Source of the DNA: an uncultured candidate division Zixibacteria bacterium
GTDB taxonomy: Bacteria; Zixibacteria; MSB-5A5; UBA10806; 4484-95
DNA: 64,000 nucleotides
NCBI GenBank assembly: GCA_963668625.2
Contig: CAXXKA010000001.1
Coordinates: 256,001 to 320,000 of the forward strand
Direction of reading: 5' to 3'
The notes under the pieces were generated by a model. It was not told the DNA's origin and made no database searches. It was given only the letters and a program-made list of their open reading frames with translations. How positions within the stretch are numbered: position 1 is the stretch's first letter; each line of letters begins with the position of its first letter. Shown here one piece after another: positions 50,094 to 57,785 of this stretch. Position numbers and translations under genes: made by a program.

Positions 50094-51182
50094 ATGTTAT
50101 CGCTAAGAGAATTACTCGAAATCATGGTCAAGCAGAACGCCTCTGACCTACATATCACGGTCGGCACGCCTCCGCAAATCAGGGTTGACGGTAAATTAAC
50201 TAAAACCGATCTTGATACTCTAAAGCCCGAGGACACCAAGAAATTAGCGTATAGTGTTATGAATGAGAAACAACGGTTGAAATTCGAGGAGAATTCCGAG
50301 CTGGATTTATCGTTCGGAATTAAAAATCTGTCTCGATTCCGATGTAATATATTTATGCAAAGGGGCAATGTGGCTATGGCTCTCCGCCAGATTCCCCATC
50401 GCGTGCCTACATTCGAGGAACTGGGTGTTCCCGAATCGATTGTCAAACTATCCGAGCTTCCCCGTGGCTTGATTCTAGTAACCGGACCTACCGGCTCCGG
50501 CAAATCGACGACTCTAGCCGCATTGATCGATAAAGTAAACCGCGAGCAATATAAGCATATTATTACAGTCGAGGATCCGATCGAGTATTTGCACTCGCAT
50601 CAAAATTGTATTGTAAACCAGCGCGAGGTTCATGCCGATACGCAGACATTCGCGGCCTCGCTCAAATATGCTTTAAGGCAGGACCCGGATGTCATCCTGA
50701 TAGGTGAGATGCGTGACCTGGAAACCATGGAGGCCGCCCTGACAATCTCGGAAACCGGTCACCTTGCGTTTGCCACGCTTCATACCAACTCCGCTGCTGA
50801 GGCGATCAACCGTATCATTGACGTTTTCCCGAACAATCAGCAGGAGCAGGTTAGAGTTCAGCTCTCGTTCGTGCTTCAAGCGGTAGTCACCCAGCAGCTT
50901 ATGCCGAAAGTCGGCGGCGGCCGTGTGCTTGCTCTGGAGGTACTGATCGCTACGCCGGCAATGAGGGCGGTAATCAGGGATGACAAGATTCACCAGATTT
51001 ACAGCTTGATCCAGGCCGGTCAAAAATACGGTATGAGAACGATGAACATGAGTATATTCGAATTATATAACGCCAGGAAGGTAACATACAGCGATGCTAT
51101 CTGTCATTCGGTATCTCCGGCTGAACTCGAGGAAATGATAAGTCGTAGCGCGGCAACATCAAACCAACCGGTAAAATTCTAG
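50094..51182 (+). CDS. pilT: type IV pilus retraction ATPase PilT, copy 2
   Basis: ASDLH, GPTGSGKSTT, EDPIE, LRQDPD, GHL. Confidence 0.95.
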   Translation: MLSLRELLEIMVKQNASDLHITVGTPPQIRVDGKLTKTDLDTLKPEDTKKLAYSVMNEKQRLKFEENSELDLSFGIKNLSRFRCNIFMQRGNVAMALRQIPHRVPTFEELGVPESIVKLSELPRGLILVTGPTGSGKSTTLAALIDKVNREQYKHIITVEDPIEYLHSHQNCIVNQREVHADTQTFAASLKYALRQDPDVILIGEMRDLETMEAALTISETGHLAFATLHTNSAAEAINRIIDVFPNNQQEQVRVQLSFVLQAVVTQQLMPKVGGGRVLALEVLIATPAMRAVIRDDKIHQIYSLIQAGQKYGMRTMNMSIFELYNARKVTYSDAICHSVSPAELEEMISRSAATSNQPVKF

Positions 51183-51202
51183 CGGTATGATTGGAGGTAT
51201 GC

Positions 51203-52402
51203 GTGCCGGTATTTGAATATAAAGGCAAAACTGTCGGGGGACGGGCAGTTCAAGGTGAAAGAAAAGCCAAGAGCAGAGTTGAGGTCGAAAGGTTTTTAAG
51301 ACATAATAAAATCCTGGCCTCATCTATTAATAAAAAAGCGTCTCAAATAGAGATAAAGTTCGGCACGGGTATCAAGAAAATTGAGATATCGAGATTTACT
51401 CGTCAGTTTTCAACTATGATTGGCGCGGGTTTGCCAATGGTTCAATGTCTTGAGATCTTGTCCAATCAGCTTGAATCGGCAGAATTCAGGAAGATAGCAA
51501 ATAAAGTTAAAGAGGATGTTCAATCCGGTTCGACTCTCTCGGAAGCATTGGGCAAACATAAAAAGGTTTTCGATGATCTCTATGTCAATATGGTCGAGGC
51601 CGGTGAGATCGGCGGCGCGCTCGATACTATCCTGATTCGACTCGCCGCTTATCGTGAGAAAGCCGATAAGCTGGCCCGTCAGGTAAAAGGCGCTCTGGTA
51701 TACCCGATTGTCGTGGCGGTTGTTGCCGGCGGCGTGACATTCGCTATGTTGGCATTCATCGTACCCGTATTCGCCAAGATGTTCGGTGGGCTGGGAGCGG
51801 AATTGCCCGGGCCTACGCAGGCGGTATTGGATATATCCAATTTCTTGCGGGGAAATATGGTGACTATGATCGTGATGGTAATCAGCGCTCTGGTCGCGTT
51901 TAAATTCGGCATGAAAAACCCTGGTTTCGCAATGAAATTCGATCAGTTTAAACTTAAAATGCCTCTATTGGGTGATCTTATCAGGAAAGGCGCGATCTCC
52001 AGGTTTACCAGGACACTGGGCACGCTTTTATCATCCGGTGTGTCTATTCTGGATGCTCTTGATATCACCGCCAAAACATCCGGTAACCTTGTTCTGCAGC
52101 ATGCTATTCGTAAATCGATGTATTCGATTGCCGAGGGTGAAACTATTACCCAACCGCTGAAAGAGTCGGGTGTGTTTCCGCCTATGGTTACCCAGATGAT
52201 ATCTGTCGGTGAAAAAACCGGCGGCCTGGATGAGATGTTATCGAAAATCGCGGATTTTTACGATGAGGAGGTTGATGCCGCTGTGGCAGCCTTAACCTCG
52301 ATTATCGAGCCTGTAATCATCGTGTTTATGGGCGCGGTTATCGGTGGTATCCTTATCGCAATGTACCTGCCGATGTTCGAGATCATCGGAAAGATTTCTT
52401 AA
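51203..52402 (+). CDS. pilC: type IV pilus platform protein PilC, copy 2
   Basis: FTRQFSTM, AGEIGG, VGEKTG, IEP, MYLPMF; GGAGG before the GTG at 51203. Confidence 0.94.
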   Translation: MPVFEYKGKTVGGRAVQGERKAKSRVEVERFLRHNKILASSINKKASQIEIKFGTGIKKIEISRFTRQFSTMIGAGLPMVQCLEILSNQLESAEFRKIANKVKEDVQSGSTLSEALGKHKKVFDDLYVNMVEAGEIGGALDTILIRLAAYREKADKLARQVKGALVYPIVVAVVAGGVTFAMLAFIVPVFAKMFGGLGAELPGPTQAVLDISNFLRGNMVTMIVMVISALVAFKFGMKNPGFAMKFDQFKLKMPLLGDLIRKGAISRFTRTLGTLLSSGVSILDALDITAKTSGNLVLQHAIRKSMYSIAEGETITQPLKESGVFPPMVTQMISVGEKTGGLDEMLSKIADFYDEEVDAAVAALTSIIEPVIIVFMGAVIGGILIAMYLPMFEIIGKIS

Positions 52403-52417
52403 ACAGATAAATCAATC

Positions 52418-52450
52418 GCCCCCGTCACTAATTGGCGGGGGCTTTTTTAT
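52418..52450 (+). terminator. intrinsic terminator after pilC copy 2
   Basis: GCCCCCGTCA/TGGCGGGGGC stem followed by TTTTTT. Confidence 0.8.
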
Positions 52451-52451
52451 T

Positions 52452-54161
52452 ATGAGACTAATACCTTTAATATCACATCAAAACACCGAGATACCGGGCC
52501 GGTTCTACTGGATCGTCTTATCACGGATAATTACCTACGGTTTTTTATTCGCTGCCTCGGCTTTGTTTTTAAGCTCGAACGCCGTACTGTATAAAATTCT
52601 GATTATCTATGGCATACTGGCAATATCGTTGCTTCTATACCTGTTTTTCACCAAAGCCGGTCATAACCTGAGAATACTGAAGGTCGTTATTGCTATACAG
52701 TTGGTTTTCGAATTCGCCATCGAATCGATTCTTATAAACCATGTAGGCGGTAATTTTTCGCCTCTTATTGTCCTGTTTCTTTTATCGATAGTCTCGGCTA
52801 CGCTGGTGTATGGTTTATCCGGTACGATGCTTGCGGCTACTGTCGCCGGGCTTTTTTACGCGGCGCCTATCGTATACGATTTCTCCGGCCTCTTACCGGG
52901 GATACTGGAATCGAATCAACTTGCCCGCATGGGGTTCTCCTCCGATGAGGCATTCTATACGATATTTCTGCATCTGTGCATGTTTTACCTGATAGCGTTC
53001 ATATCCGGCTATGTGGCCGAAAACCAGATATCAGCCTCGAAACAATTGCGGAAAATCAAACTGGAAACCGATGAGATACTGGAGAACATGAGCTCGGGTA
53101 TGGTTACCGTGGATGTTTTCGGACGATTGATCTATTTCAATAAGACGGCGGGCGATATCTTGCAGGTTAATCACAAGCTGGCCAAAGGCGCCTCGTTCAA
53201 ATCGATATTCCTGAAAAAATTTCCCGAGCTTTATTACAAAATCGAGTTGGCTATGTCGACCGGTTACATTGAGCATCGCAGCGAGATTTCGATTACCGTG
53301 GAGAACGAGAAGATACCGCTGGGCATCTCAACCTCGGTGCTGCGGGATGAGAGTAACGAGATTCGCGGCGTAATTACCGTATTCCAGAATTTGAGAGAGT
53401 CCAAGCAGATGGAGAAACGTTTGCGGGATGCCGACCGCCTGGCAACGGTGGGCAAGCTTTCCGCGGGTATCGCCCACGAGATACGAAATCCGCTAGCCTC
53501 GATCTCCGGCTCGGTGGAGGTGCTGAAAACCTCGCTGCAGTTAACCGATGAGCACGATAAAAAGCTTCTGGAGTTAATCTTAAAAGAATCCTCGCGTTTG
53601 AATCATATATTGACCGAGTTCCTCAGTTTCGCGCGTATCAAAAGCAATCCCGAAATCAACACCGAGATTGGACCTGTCATAGATGAGATATTGGTGCTGG
53701 CTAAATCTCATCCCAGTTATAAGGAAAATATTGAGCTCAAATATAATCGCCCTAAAGATCCGGTACGCGGCCGTGGCGGTCCTGACATGTATAAGCAATT
53801 GCTATGGAATCTCATCCTGAACAGTTTCCAGGCCATCGGTGATAATGGCGGCGCGATAATCATTACCTGCAAAAAAGTAATCGAGAAAAACGGCAAGTTC
53901 ACCACCAGACTGTCGTTTAGAGATACCGGCCCCGGAATACCTCCGAATATAAGGGCGAGGATATTCGATCCGTTTTTTTCCACCAAAAGCGATGGCACCG
54001 GGCTGGGCCTGGCGATTGTCAAACGCATTGTCGAATCGCTCGAGGGCAAGATCGAATTCGACACCGATGATGCCGGTACGACTTTCGACATTTTACTGCC
54101 CAACGGTTTCCACACCTCCTCAGGGCAAGAGGCCAAAAAATTGGCCGAGACAGCGAAATAA
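52452..54161 (+). CDS. pilS: PilS-like membrane sensor histidine kinase (TM-PAS-HisKA-HATPase)
   Basis: AHEIRNPL H-box; NL..N, DTGPGI, F.PFFSTK, GTGLGL; follows pilC; ATG at 52452. Confidence 0.82.
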   Translation: MRLIPLISHQNTEIPGRFYWIVLSRIITYGFLFAASALFLSSNAVLYKILIIYGILAISLLLYLFFTKAGHNLRILKVVIAIQLVFEFAIESILINHVGGNFSPLIVLFLLSIVSATLVYGLSGTMLAATVAGLFYAAPIVYDFSGLLPGILESNQLARMGFSSDEAFYTIFLHLCMFYLIAFISGYVAENQISASKQLRKIKLETDEILENMSSGMVTVDVFGRLIYFNKTAGDILQVNHKLAKGASFKSIFLKKFPELYYKIELAMSTGYIEHRSEISITVENEKIPLGISTSVLRDESNEIRGVITVFQNLRESKQMEKRLRDADRLATVGKLSAGIAHEIRNPLASISGSVEVLKTSLQLTDEHDKKLLELILKESSRLNHILTEFLSFARIKSNPEINTEIGPVIDEILVLAKSHPSYKENIELKYNRPKDPVRGRGGPDMYKQLLWNLILNSFQAIGDNGGAIIITCKKVIEKNGKFTTRLSFRDTGPGIPPNIRARIFDPFFSTKSDGTGLGLAIVKRIVESLEGKIEFDTDDAGTTFDILLPNGFHTSSGQEAKKLAETAK

Positions 54162-54278
54162 TAATATTATCATATCACTAACGTCCGGTGTTTTTCGATA
54201 AATTTCATATTCCTCCTTGGAATTGTTAGTGAAAGATATTTTCCGATAAAATTATATATTCAGCGTATCCTGCATCCT

Positions 54279-54397
54279 GACATGCCCTGCCGATGTTAGG
54301 CTTAGTTCCCAGATTCCCAAGCGCTGCTTCGTCATGTTGATGTAAGTGGCGGAATATTAAGTATTTACCAGTGCAGACAAGACTCCAAAGCAGCGCT
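54279..54397. repeat. dispersed structured intergenic repeat (REP/MITE-like), copy 2
   Basis: shares CCTGCCGATGTTAGGCTTAGTTC with 11136-11158; AGCGCTGCTT/AAGCAGCGCT perfect inverted pair. Confidence 0.75.
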
Positions 54398-54527
54398 ATG
54401 GAACCAGGAGGAGGTCTAATCACTCGTGCGATAACCATTTTCAACAACCCTTAAGGTGGAAACCCGGTAAGCCCGTGGAGGGACAACTAACCAATCAGAT
54501 AATTTTTACTTAAGCCATCTTTTTTTC

Positions 54528-54556
54528 TTGACGATTGAACATATGAACAGTATATT
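54528..54556 (+). promoter_or_regulatory. lexA promoter with candidate LexA operator in the spacer
   Basis: TTGACG-N17-TATATT; spacer contains TGAACATATGAACA (54536-54549). Confidence 0.65.
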
Positions 54557-54730
54557 TATTGGCAGATAAGAAATGTTTAGTAGTCGGGGGGTGCCGGTGG
54601 TGGTTTTAAAAGGCGATTTCGTGGCTGGCGGACATCCTCGTTTGCTGGTTATTGGACAATAGCTAAGAAGGTGTTGTGGTCGGCGGATATCCCCGTCAGC
54701 CACTAATAGAATTAACTCAACAAAGGAGGG

Positions 54731-55357
54731 GTGATGAAGGAACTAACTCCCCGTCAAAGAGAGATTTTCGAGTTCATCAAGCAGATGGTCGTGGAGATGG
54801 GCCGTCCGCCCTCGCTGCGTGAGATAGGCGAGAGGTTCGGTATCAACTCGACCAATGGTGTGCGCTCGGTATTGGAGGCGCTGGAGCGTAAGGGGTATAT
54901 CAAGCGCAACCGCTACCTGTCGCGCGGCATCGAGATCGTTAAAGAGGCGCCTGAGCGTATCGAGGAGTCCAACCTGGTGTCGGTACCCTGGGTTGGCCGT
55001 GTCGCGGCCGGTGTACCATTGTGGGCCGAACAGAATATCGAGGGTAATTTTTATATCGATAAATCGTTTGCCACCGGCGAGAACATTTTCGCGCTCAAAG
55101 TGGATGGCTTATCGATGCGTGACGCCGGTATCCTTGATGGCGATTTCGTGCTGGTTCGCCGTCAGCAGATGGCTCAGGCGGGCGATATCGTGGTCGCGCA
55201 GATTGATAACGAGGCGACGGTAAAGCGTTTCTTCCCGGAGAAAAAGCGTATCCGGTTAGAGGCGGAGAACCCCGATTTCGGTCCGATCATCGTAGAGAAG
55301 AACACCCCCGGTTTCATGATAGCCGGCAAGGTGATTGGTTTGATGCGCAAGATGTAG
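54731..55357 (+). CDS. lexA: SOS transcriptional repressor LexA
   Basis: LTPRQ, PPSLREI, L.ALERKGYI, GRVAAG cleavage site, SM (Ser) and ATVK (Lys) dyad. Confidence 0.96.
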   Translation: MMKELTPRQREIFEFIKQMVVEMGRPPSLREIGERFGINSTNGVRSVLEALERKGYIKRNRYLSRGIEIVKEAPERIEESNLVSVPWVGRVAAGVPLWAEQNIEGNFYIDKSFATGENIFALKVDGLSMRDAGILDGDFVLVRRQQMAQAGDIVVAQIDNEATVKRFFPEKKRIRLEAENPDFGPIIVEKNTPGFMIAGKVIGLMRKM

Positions 55358-55474
55358 TAAGCGGTGATGGCAATCGCCGGGTGTGGTAGTGTGGTGTGAT
55401 ATGGTGAGGGGTATAACAAAGCATATTATAATTGATATACAGTATTTGATTTATTGATAATGATAATAATATCC

Positions 55475-55499
55475 CGTAGGGGCGTATCGCATACGCCCC
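55475..55499 (+). repeat. GTAG-type REP element
   Basis: CGTAG then perfect hairpin GGGGCGTAT-CGC-ATACGCCCC. Confidence 0.8.
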
Positions 55500-55529
55500 A
55501 GGCAGAATGATTGAGAGCAGGGGTGAGCT

Positions 55530-56825
55530 ATGTACAACATGCGAATTGATGTTATAAGGAAAGAGTTGGAGAGAAGGTTTAGGGAAGTTGAGAAATTAGA
55601 TGAAAATGATCACACAGAAATCGAAGAAACTGTTAGTAAGTTTTTATATTTTTTGTTGTCGGATCTTCAAATAAGAGATTTTATAATTGGCCTGTCACAT
55701 TTTGATGAAGATTATATTCGTTCTGAAACCTATCAAAATATAATCGGTGAAATTAAAGGTGTCTTGAAAAATATCACTTCGGAACTTATAAAATATAAAT
55801 TTACTGGTAAAAAATTCAAAAATACTTTTAATGAGATTCATAAAGGATTAGGTAATCCTTTCAATTTGCCTAAACCTAATGTCAGGGGTAAATATATTAC
55901 TATTGATAGATATTTAAATGCGCTTAAGAAAATTGATAATTACATTATTGATTATGCAAACGAATTAGATGGGATTATAAGTACCATCAATAAGTTTATT
56001 GATCATGCTGATGATATTAATATGAATTACAATAACAATAACAATAAACTACTTAAACTATTAATGTTGTTGCAGAGCAATAAGGTGAGAATAGATTCAT
56101 ATTTGGATTACAAAGCTGAATATGAATCAGCGAGTTCTCTTTATCAATTGTTACCCTATTTAAAAACATCACATTATTGGTATTTATTAAATCTTGGTAA
56201 GAGTACTTTAGGTGAAAGCATAAAAGTTCGCACTATTTCAAGAAAATCAGAGTTTTCTGTTCAATTATTTTTAATTGATGAATGTCGTCAAGTCTACCAC
56301 GCCGTAGATGAATACCTCCTAACCGGCAAATCCAAAAGCGCTCTCATCGAACGTTTGAAAACCTATTGTATGTGGATCAGGCGAGATGATTTTCCTAAAG
56401 CTAATGCGGAAGGTAAAGAGGATAAAGTATCTAAAATAGTTTCGGAATTTATTTTCAATCAAGGGTATTTTCCTATAGTTAGATTTAGAGCGGGAAAATC
56501 AGAGCCAGATATTTTATATGAACCATCAGGTGTTGTGCATTGGGATAATTCTGTATTAATCGAGCTTAAACAATATATCGGTAAGACATATTCAAAAAAG
56601 CAATTTCAATTAGATGTCGGCCAAGCGCGAGATTATTTATCTATCGTAAAAGGCGTGAAACCTGATATAGGAGATACGGTTTATCTATTGGTCTTTTATG
56701 CCGGGACTAAACGATTCATTTTAGATGAATCATTTTCTGATGATAAGGTACAGGTAGAATTTATTTATGTAGGTGAAGGATCACCCAGCAAATTAAAAGG
56801 AGAGATTATTTACGGTAGTAAATAA
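55530..56825 (+). CDS. AT-rich hypothetical protein with C-terminal PD-(D/E)XK nuclease-like domain
   Basis: E(KED)...EPDIL...LIELKQ...GQARDY motif series; visibly more AT-rich than lexA and dinB. Confidence 0.65.
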   Translation: MYNMRIDVIRKELERRFREVEKLDENDHTEIEETVSKFLYFLLSDLQIRDFIIGLSHFDEDYIRSETYQNIIGEIKGVLKNITSELIKYKFTGKKFKNTFNEIHKGLGNPFNLPKPNVRGKYITIDRYLNALKKIDNYIIDYANELDGIISTINKFIDHADDINMNYNNNNNKLLKLLMLLQSNKVRIDSYLDYKAEYESASSLYQLLPYLKTSHYWYLLNLGKSTLGESIKVRTISRKSEFSVQLFLIDECRQVYHAVDEYLLTGKSKSALIERLKTYCMWIRRDDFPKANAEGKEDKVSKIVSEFIFNQGYFPIVRFRAGKSEPDILYEPSGVVHWDNSVLIELKQYIGKTYSKKQFQLDVGQARDYLSIVKGVKPDIGDTVYLLVFYAGTKRFILDESFSDDKVQVEFIYVGEGSPSKLKGEIIYGSK

Positions 56826-56833
56826 CAACCACC

Positions 56834-56918
56834 CGTAGGGGCAGGTCTAAGACCTGACCGTGAATTACCACCGTGTTATGATGACAGGCAGCGGGTCGAT
56901 CTTAGATCGCCCCCTACG
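56834..56918. repeat. REP doublet (REPIN-like)
   Basis: CGTAGGGGCAGGTCTAAGACCTGACCG (+) facing CGTAGGGGGCGATCTAAGATCGACCCG (-). Confidence 0.85.
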
Positions 56919-56929
56919 AGATATAAATA

Positions 56930-57448
56930 TTGATGGGTAATAAAATGTGCGATAATTCAAAATATCCAAAACGCAAATTCGTTCGTTTGAGGAATTATGA
57001 TTATTCGCAAAACGGAGCGTATTTCATAACTATATGCACTATCGATAAAAAGTATTTAATTGATTCTGATAAGATACGTGCTATCATCCAGGAGACCTGG
57101 GATAATTTACCCAAGCATTATCCTGAGGTAATTTTAGATGAATTCGTCATTATGCCGAATCACATACATGGTATTATAATAATTAATAATAATTTTTATA
57201 ATTTCGTAGGGGCTGGTCTAAGACCTGCCCGCAAACTCTCGGAAATCGTTAAATCATTCAAGTCATTTTCATCAAGAGAGATAAATAAATTACTTAGCAC
57301 CCCCGGCCAATCATTCTGGCAGCGCAATTATTATGAACATGTGATCCGTAATGAACAGGACCTTCATGAGACTCGTACATATATTCGTGAAAACCCTATC
57401 AAATGGGAAATAGATCAATACAACTTAGCACAACATCATCACTCGTAG
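56930..57448 (+). mobile_element. REP-associated tyrosine (Y1/HUH, IS200-like) transposase, RAYT
   Basis: RL..YDYS..GAYFITICT, MPNHIHGI (HUH), FKSFS, WQRNYYEHVIR, YI..NP..W; true start may be 56933 or 56945. Confidence 0.92.
57205..57231 (+). repeat. in-frame REP inside the RAYT gene
   Basis: CGTAGGGGCTGGTCTAAGACCTGCCCG; 25/27 identical to 56834-56860; encodes VGAGLRPAR. Confidence 0.85.
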
Positions 57449-57473
57449 ATTCACGGCATGCCGTGTTCCTACG
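57444..57473. repeat. palindromic GTAG-type REP at the RAYT 3' end
   Basis: CGTAG-att-CACGGCATGCCGTG-ttc-CTACG; supplies the RAYT TAG stop. Confidence 0.75.
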
Positions 57474-57534
57474 ATGTTGCGAGGCATACGATAAATGCAT
57501 TATTAATGCATCGCCCATGTAGGGGGGGCAATAC

Positions 57535-57783
57535 ATGTACCAGGATATCGAAGAACCGATAGATGTTATCGCCGTTTTTGAAAGCGGCACTATGAAACCG
57601 CTCAGGTTTCGCTGGAACGGCCGGGCGATCAAAATCAAACGGATCACCGGCTCGTGGAAATCCGATATGGGGCAGACCAGGCTGCGCTATTTCGCCGTGC
57701 TCGATCATGCCTCCAATTTCTTCCAGCTCGCTTACGATGAGCGAAACACGATCTGGGTGCTCAATAAAATCTGGGTGGAATAG
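57535..57783 (+). CDS. small DUF6504-like protein
   Basis: EPIDV...P..FRWNGR...I...W...FAV....FQL.YD.....W.L pattern; coupled to dinB. Confidence 0.7.
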   Translation: MYQDIEEPIDVIAVFESGTMKPLRFRWNGRAIKIKRITGSWKSDMGQTRLRYFAVLDHASNFFQLAYDERNTIWVLNKIWVE

Positions 57784-57785
57784 CC

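Noticed and set aside
52344-52451. N-terminal extensions given by the ORF track (pilS 52344; also rimM 61078, rnhB 62537, mnmA 37124, pilO 21879, small protein 12497)
   Set aside because: They overlap upstream genes or terminators, or lack an RBS. Downstream starts fit family lengths better.
55420-55446. Second SOS box (ATATACAGTA, half of an E. coli-type box) before the nuclease gene
   Set aside because: Only a half-site in very AT-rich DNA, and a poor match to the lexA promoter motif.
56020-56050. AAT/AAC run encoding poly-Asn in the nuclease gene as a phase-variable tract
   Set aside because: It is a short, mixed, in-frame trinucleotide run that would not switch frame.
55475-57473. CRISPR array or IS200/IS605 element with TnpB
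   Set aside because: The repeats are irregularly spaced hairpin REPs without uniform spacers. There are no cas genes, and the neighbouring ORF lacks RuvC and zinc-finger TnpB motifs.
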